From a virus, in the IMG/VR virus record IMGVR_UViG_3300017742_004322, positions 1 to 64,000 of that record: a stretch of 64,000 nt of DNA; one strand, written 5' to 3'. The position numbers and the translations under genes are program-made. The notes beneath the pieces are model-generated. The model was not told the origin of the DNA, did no database searches, and saw nothing but the letters and a program-made list of their open reading frames with translations. Numbering within the stretch: the first letter of the stretch is position 1; each line of letters begins with the position of its first letter. Below, piece by piece: positions 58,310 through 64,000 of this stretch.

Positions 58310-60022
58310 CTACCCATCACAGCTTAAACAATCTTCTGTAGTACGAGAACCTAAATCACCTTTAATAACTGAATCTGTACGAAGATAATATAGAGTTTTA
58401 ACACCTAATTTCCAAGCTTCCATATGGACTTGGTTAATCCATTTGGGGGAATCTGTTGGGTCAAACGCTAAATTTAATGATTGTGTTTGATCAATGTATT
58501 TTTGACGAGTTGCTGCTTGTTGAACTAGAGAAAATTGGTTGATTTCTGGGAATGTCATGAAGATTTCCTTTTCATCTTCGGTAAGGATATCATTAGATAA
58601 ACCCATTACAGAACCATTATCACCCATAATTTGATCCCAAACACGAGTTGTATTATGTTTTTTTTCCTTTAGTAATTTTTCTAATTCAGGGTTTTTAACT
58701 ATAAAAGTTCCTTTAGCACCATTAAATACATAAATGTTTGCAGGTTGAGGTTCAATACCTGCTGAACAACTGTTGATTCGAGAATTAGATACTGTAGGGG
58801 CAATAGCTAATAAATGAGTATTTCTCATACCTGTACCTCTACACCAAACAGGTTCTCCATATTCTAAGGCCATTTGACGGGAAGCAGCCTCAGCTTTAGT
58901 TTTAATATCACTAAAAATAGTATGAGTCCAAGCTGTGGCTCCAATTGAGTTAAAAGGTAAATTCTTTTGTTGTAAAAAAGTATGCCACCCCATTACTCCT
59001 AAACCTAATGCTCTACCTTTTTTAGCACTTCTATGGGTACGAACCATAGAATCTTTACCATTAGTTTTTTGGATGAATTCTTCCATTACACCATCTAAGA
59101 AGTAAGTAGCAACTTCAACTACATCTGTGTTTTTCCATTCATCATATTTAGCTAAATTAAGAGAAGATAAACAACAAATAAAGCTATGTTCCTCATCTGT
59201 ATGGAGTGTAATCTCAGTACAAATATTAGTCATAGAAACATCTAAATTATTCATGCGGTATGCTAAAGGATTATCTTTATTAACATTATCCTTAAACATT
59301 ATGTATGGTTCACCCGTTTCTACACGTGATTTAAGTATTTCTAACCACAACGACATAGCCTCGCTGTCTCGATCCTGTAAGCGCTTCATAAACGCATCAT
59401 CCACCATTACAGCTTGATGTAAGTTTAAACATTGTCTGTTAGGATCACCTTTAGGTCTGCGAATCTGTAAGAATTCTTTAATATCTTTATGATTAATATC
59501 TAAATTTACAGAAGAAGCTCCACGTCTTACTGAACCTTGATTAGTTGCAATAATAGTTGAATCATAAATTTTAGCCCAAGGGACAATTCCTTCTGAGACT
59601 CCATTTCCTGTTATACCTTCTCCTCTTCCTCTAATTCTACTAAGGGATATTCCCACGCCTCCCCCATAGGAAGTAAGTCGCATAAGTTCTGCGTTAGTGA
59701 GACCAATACCACGTATCGAATCCGGAGTATCAACACCAAAACAACTAATAGGCAAACCCCGATCAGTACCGGTATTGCTGAGAACAGGGCTAGCGAGACC
59801 AATCCATCCATTCCAAATATATTTAAAAAATTTACTAGCTAAATCAGGGCGATTTAATCTTTCTGCTACTGCATTAGCTACGCGCCTATACGCTTTACGA
59901 GGAGTTTCCCCAGGCATTAAATACCCTTTTGATATTGTAGATAAAGCTACATCATCAAAAAATTCAGGGTAGTCTTTACCTCTTTCCCATTGGGAGTAAT
60001 CGGCTATTATATTGTTATCCAT
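58310..60022 (-). CDS. nrdA: Ribonucleotide reductase class I alpha subunit (no ATP cone)
   Basis: ISCF, TNICTE, APT.S, KTLYY and C-terminal CLSC motifs. Confidence 0.96.
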   Translation of the reverse strand: MDNNIIADYSQWERGKDYPEFFDDVALSTISKGYLMPGETPRKAYRRVANAVAERLNRPDLASKFFKYIWNGWIGLASPVLSNTGTDRGLPISCFGVDTPDSIRGIGLTNAELMRLTSYGGGVGISLSRIRGRGEGITGNGVSEGIVPWAKIYDSTIIATNQGSVRRGASSVNLDINHKDIKEFLQIRRPKGDPNRQCLNLHQAVMVDDAFMKRLQDRDSEAMSLWLEILKSRVETGEPYIMFKDNVNKDNPLAYRMNNLDVSMTNICTEITLHTDEEHSFICCLSSLNLAKYDEWKNTDVVEVATYFLDGVMEEFIQKTNGKDSMVRTHRSAKKGRALGLGVMGWHTFLQQKNLPFNSIGATAWTHTIFSDIKTKAEAASRQMALEYGEPVWCRGTGMRNTHLLAIAPTVSNSRINSCSAGIEPQPANIYVFNGAKGTFIVKNPELEKLLKEKKHNTTRVWDQIMGDNGSVMGLSNDILTEDEKEIFMTFPEINQFSLVQQAATRQKYIDQTQSLNLAFDPTDSPKWINQVHMEAWKLGVKTLYYLRTDSVIKGDLGSRTTEDCLSCDG

Positions 60023-60028
60023 AATTAA

Positions 60029-61012
60029 TTAAAATATACTTTCATCCCACTCCATGTGGCCTTTTGAGTAATTAGTTACTCGGTTTGCAAAAAAGTCAGT
60101 ATGTTGTTTACCTCCAGAAAGAGCACCAAACCAACTCATTCTTTCTACGGCTGTTAAATCAACACCTTCAATAATAGGATCATATCCTAAATCACCTAAT
60201 TTTACATTAACTCTATTTTTAATAAAGTTTATTAAATCTTGTTTTGGACAACCCTCTAAATCACCTAATTCATAAACCTTATTTATAAAATCTAATTCAA
60301 GTTGTAAAGATAATAAAGCTGCTTCATTTATAGCTGCTTGTAGTTCTGGGGTTTTGATTTCTGGGTTTTCATTAATAAGTGTTCTGAATAACCAGCATCC
60401 GGCTTCTGAGTGAAGGGATTCGTCTCTAATAGACCATTCAACAATTTGACCCACTCCTTTAAGCTTATTTCGCATCTTAAAAGATAAGAGTATGGCAAAG
60501 GAAGAGAATAAGTTAACTCCTTCGGTAAATGCGGAGAATACAGCGAGTGATTTAGCAATTTCGTGGAGATCTTTTTTACCATTAAAACTATCCCTAACAG
60601 TAGTAAGATTTTCAATTTTAGCCATCGTAGCCTCATCTTCCAAAAATTCATCGAAGTTTTCAAGTCCAAGTGTTTCATTTAATAGTGAATATGCTTCAGC
60701 ATGTATTGTTTCAAACGCACCGAAGGTTGTAGCCATCATTATAACCTCTGGTTTTCTAAACCATTTAGTTACTAATCCTGACCAATAATCATTTACAACT
60801 GTTTCTGTTTGAGCAAAACCCTTAAGGATAGATCCTATAATGTTTTTTTCTGTTTCATTTAAATTTGAGCTCCAATCTGTAATATCACTCATCATGGGAA
60901 CTTCTGTATGTAACCAGTGGGCTTGTTGTTGTTTTAACCAATAATCGGCTGCTTCTTGATATTCAAAAGGTTTGTAAACGATGCGTTCTTGCAAAAGATC
61001 TTTTTTTGCCAT
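60029..61012 (-). CDS. nrdB: Ribonucleotide reductase class I beta subunit (class Id-like)
   Basis: FAQTE, ETIHAEAY, EG and DESLH motifs. Confidence 0.95.
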   Translation of the reverse strand: MAKKDLLQERIVYKPFEYQEAADYWLKQQQAHWLHTEVPMMSDITDWSSNLNETEKNIIGSILKGFAQTETVVNDYWSGLVTKWFRKPEVIMMATTFGAFETIHAEAYSLLNETLGLENFDEFLEDEATMAKIENLTTVRDSFNGKKDLHEIAKSLAVFSAFTEGVNLFSSFAILLSFKMRNKLKGVGQIVEWSIRDESLHSEAGCWLFRTLINENPEIKTPELQAAINEAALLSLQLELDFINKVYELGDLEGCPKQDLINFIKNRVNVKLGDLGYDPIIEGVDLTAVERMSWFGALSGGKQHTDFFANRVTNYSKGHMEWDESIF

Positions 61013-61033
61013 TGTAATTTGTTAATTAAAAAG

Positions 61034-62401
61034 TTATGAATTGAGAAAATTACGTAACTGATCTTTTTCAGATAAACTGAAATTATCTTTTATAGTAGAA
61101 CTTTCATTTGAATTTAATTCAGGGGAACCAGATAATTCTTCAAACTCTGCATCACTAATGATTCTATAATCACCAATAGCAATATTAATAGCAGCGTTAT
61201 AAGTAAGTCCATCCATTCCGTATCTATTCTTCATTATATGGAGTTTACCAACTCCGGTTTGTTTATCTTTTGCACGACGACTAATAGAAGCAGCAAAATC
61301 TGTTATCATCATTTTGTCATAAGAGCCCGCTGCTTTATGTCCTTCAATTACTTCATCTAAAGCTCCTTGTCTGTTAACTTGAGAAGCTGACCAAATTGGG
61401 ATATTAAGCTCGCGGGCTAATCCTTTCGTGCTTATATAAATATCATCAATTTCTTCCTTCCGCTCCTTACTTATTTTCTTTGATCGAAGAAGGTCAACAT
61501 AATCAATAACTACTAAATCTATCTTAGTACCTAAATCTTCACATTTCTGGATGTGTGACTCAATTGTTGACATAGATGCCTTATTTGGGGGGAATTCTTT
61601 AATAATAAGTTTACCAGGTAACTTAGACATTATATCTACAACTTTATCTTTATGCATTGCAATTTCATTAGAAGGAATACCTGTAAAATGAGCATCAAAT
61701 CTCCTACCTACATATTCTTCACCTAACTCTAATGTATAATATACTACATTAAATCCTTTTTTAACAGCACCACCTGCTATAGCAACTAATGACCAAGATT
61801 TACCAGCACCAGGACCACCAAATATCAAACCAAAATCACCATTACCTAAACCACCTTGTAAAATATCATTAAATTGAGGCCAAGGAGTTGGTATAGTAAT
61901 TCTTTGTTCTACTCTAAAACGTGATTCAATATCTTTCATGTACTCATGTCCAATATTTTTATCCATACCTGCTTTAAGAGCATTATCAATTAATCCTCTA
62001 ATTGAGTCATAATCTTCCGCTTTAAGTAAATCAACACTGCCTAATAGTGCTTTTTTAAGTTGTTGGTTTTTACAAAATGCTGAAAATTCAGATTCAATAT
62101 ATTCTGAATCTGTAGCTCCTATTTTATATGCATCTCTAAGCTGTTCTCTAATAGATACTTTTAAAACATCATTAGTAACTTTTTCATATTCAGATTTTAG
62201 TACCTCAGGTGTAGGTGTTGTATGATAATCATTATAATATTTAAGAATATTATCAATTATCCATTTATGAGCTTGGTTATCAAAATAAGATGAATCTAGT
62301 ATATCATGAATATTAGTTAAAAACTCTTTACGACTAAGTAAGGAATGAATAACCTTAATTTGAAATGCTGAACCATACTTATTTAAATCACTTAGAGTCA
62401 T
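61034..62401 (-). CDS. DnaB/gp41-like replicative helicase
   Basis: GGPGAGKS, IDYVD, SQVNR and KNRYG motifs. Confidence 0.92.
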   Translation of the reverse strand: MTLSDLNKYGSAFQIKVIHSLLSRKEFLTNIHDILDSSYFDNQAHKWIIDNILKYYNDYHTTPTPEVLKSEYEKVTNDVLKVSIREQLRDAYKIGATDSEYIESEFSAFCKNQQLKKALLGSVDLLKAEDYDSIRGLIDNALKAGMDKNIGHEYMKDIESRFRVEQRITIPTPWPQFNDILQGGLGNGDFGLIFGGPGAGKSWSLVAIAGGAVKKGFNVVYYTLELGEEYVGRRFDAHFTGIPSNEIAMHKDKVVDIMSKLPGKLIIKEFPPNKASMSTIESHIQKCEDLGTKIDLVVIDYVDLLRSKKISKERKEEIDDIYISTKGLARELNIPIWSASQVNRQGALDEVIEGHKAAGSYDKMMITDFAASISRRAKDKQTGVGKLHIMKNRYGMDGLTYNAAINIAIGDYRIISDAEFEELSGSPELNSNESSTIKDNFSLSEKDQLRNFLNS

Positions 62402-63437
62402 CTATAAAACTATTTAATGTTTGAAACTGGTTATTTACCCAAAATTCAGGATTTTTAATTAAATGGCGTAACCCATCTTCTTGGTAAAATCTAAGAAAGG
62501 CTTTTGCATTTAGCACGGGTGGATTAACATCTATTTGTTCTTCTAAATACGTTTTTTCTAATTCATCTACCATCGGATTATGTAAATCCATGATTTTGTA
62601 ATTTTTACGAAGGTTATCTTCTTCAAATACAATACGAGAATATATAAGATGTTCCTTATGCTTTTCTCCGGCTATTTCAATAATATCATCTAAAGTTAAT
62701 TTACGTTCATTTAATTCAGGGAATAATTTACGTAACTTTTTCTCTCCTAAACCTTTTATACCAGGAACCTTATCTGAAGCATCACCCATAAGTACTTTAT
62801 ATAAAATAAAATTCTCAGGTAAAACATTAAATTTATTTACTACAGTTTCAGGGGTATAAAAATCTTTTTCAATAGGACGGTACACACAAATTTTATTACT
62901 TGTTAATTGAATAAAATCTTTATCACTTGAAACAATAAACGCACGGGAGTTGTTATTATTATTGGTGATAGTTGTTGCTAAATGTGCGATAATATCATCG
63001 GCCTCTACTTTATCGAGCGCTATGGTTTTTACAGGGAGACACTTTAAATAATCGATTAATCTTACAATTTGATCTAGTTTAGCATCATGTTCATCCCCCA
63101 CATTTTCAAATATCTCCCAGTTTGTAATACGAGACTGATGACGGCCTGCCTTGTATTCTGAAAGAACATTTTTACGATTCATTGATGAATTTTCTCCATC
63201 AAATATAATATACATAGATGTGGGTTGAATGGCATTTATTAGAGTCCCCAATGATCGAACAAATCCGCCTAGTCCACCTACATGAACACCATGCTCATTT
63301 ACAATATTAAGCATTGCGAAGTTTCTAAAAAATAGATTTAGACCGTCAATAAATAAAACTCTTTCATGTGGTGAGGAGGGTGTCTCCGGCTCCTTATCCA
63401 TGTTATTGAGGAGCTCTAATAAATCCTTATTTGCCAT
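62388..63437 (-). CDS. 5'-3' exonuclease / flap endonuclease (T4 RNase H-like)
   Basis: IDG.N, YKAGR, EADD, SSDKD and GD.SD.VPGI.G.G motifs. Confidence 0.92.
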   Translation of the reverse strand: MANKDLLELLNNMDKEPETPSSPHERVLFIDGLNLFFRNFAMLNIVNEHGVHVGGLGGFVRSLGTLINAIQPTSMYIIFDGENSSMNRKNVLSEYKAGRHQSRITNWEIFENVGDEHDAKLDQIVRLIDYLKCLPVKTIALDKVEADDIIAHLATTITNNNNNSRAFIVSSDKDFIQLTSNKICVYRPIEKDFYTPETVVNKFNVLPENFILYKVLMGDASDKVPGIKGLGEKKLRKLFPELNERKLTLDDIIEIAGEKHKEHLIYSRIVFEEDNLRKNYKIMDLHNPMVDELEKTYLEEQIDVNPPVLNAKAFLRFYQEDGLRHLIKNPEFWVNNQFQTLNSFIDDSK

Positions 63438-63440
63438 AAT

Positions 63441-64000
63441 TTAACTTGGTTCTTGTTCTGTGAATACCTGTGGTGTAGGTTCTTCATAAACTTCCTCAAT
63501 AATATCAAAATCACCTCCACCTAGGATTTTACTCCATTCTTTAGTATGGTCATCTTTATATTTCTTAAGATCCTTATCTGAGTCATTAATAAAACCATGT
63601 GGGGTCATAATAATTTTACCTCTAGTAGTAAGACCATTAATATGGTTTTTATCAATTTGAAGATTAGTACGTTTAGCAAATTCAACTTGCTTTTTATCTT
63701 TAATTGCTTTAATCTTAGATGTTCCAGCATTAGCAATATTACCAAATGTTACTACAAATGTAGCGTCAAACCACATAGCAAACCCACCTTTATTCATCAA
63801 CTTTGGTTTACCCATAGGTGATTCAGGTTTTGCTGTCCATACTTTATTAATACAAACTAATGTATTAGTATATGCTGAACTTTCCTTACGTGATAATGTA
63901 ATTCTTTGGTTAACACTATTACCAAATTGGGTTGACATAGCACCCGCATTCCATTCGTTATTATTCTTATTAGAACGTACTGATAACTCACAAGGTACTG
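63441..64000 (-). CDS. RecA/UvsX-like recombinase, C-terminal part (truncated by the window edge)
   Basis: The frame stays open to the window edge (VPCELSVRS...); IN..W, KGG.A and KNH resemble RecA core motifs; sits upstream of the exonuclease and helicase. Confidence 0.7.
   Translation of the reverse strand, partial: VPCELSVRSNKNNNEWNAGAMSTQFGNSVNQRITLSRKESSAYTNTLVCINKVWTAKPESPMGKPKLMNKGGFAMWFDATFVVTFGNIANAGTSKIKAIKDKKQVEFAKRTNLQIDKNHINGLTTRGKIIMTPHGFINDSDKDLKKYKDDHTKEWSKILGGGDFDIIEEVYEEPTPQVFTEQEPS

Noticed and set aside
58310-60022. Stop-codon recoding (TAG or TGA readthrough)
   Set aside because: Conserved genes are full length in the standard code. NrdA ends in TAG right after its terminal CxxC, and TGA is used routinely in ATGA overlaps.

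Overview
This 64 kb window is an AT-rich, gene-dense segment of a large dsDNA bacteriophage, with essentially all real genes on the minus strand. The host is most likely Bacteroidota (Flavobacteriia). Three lines of evidence point there: 14 copies of a TTTG-N20-TATATTTA promoter resembling the Bacteroidota -33/-7 consensus, A-rich translation starts without Shine-Dalgarno sequences, and a Flavobacterium-type RNR. In transcription order (right to left) the window contains: (1) RecA-like recombinase (partial), 5'-3' exonuclease, DnaB-like helicase and NrdB/NrdA; (2) a PAS histidine kinase, a stand-alone receiver protein and a coiled-coil 2TM protein, just upstream of a lysis cassette (holin-like gene, an unannotated 24-aa peptide with 9 Cys, M15 peptidase, holin); (3) ThyA; (4) a 7-deazaguanine cluster (TGT/DpdA-like, QueC, QueD, QueE, FolE) interleaved with a DegT aminotransferase, GNAT, thermonuclease, HPRT and MazG-like pyrophosphatase; (5) a family B DNA polymerase split into two genes; (6) sliding clamp, Hsp20, GroES/GroEL and clamp loader; (7) a ~14 kb glycan-modification island; (8) a TonB-dependent receptor with 2OG-Fe(II) oxygenases, flavodoxin and many membrane microproteins; (9) a highly structured non-coding region and a tRNA-like element lacking an anticodon arm. 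The best candidate for an undescribed system is the phage-encoded two-component module next to the lysis genes. All protein calls come from motif recognition by eye; no database searches were run.
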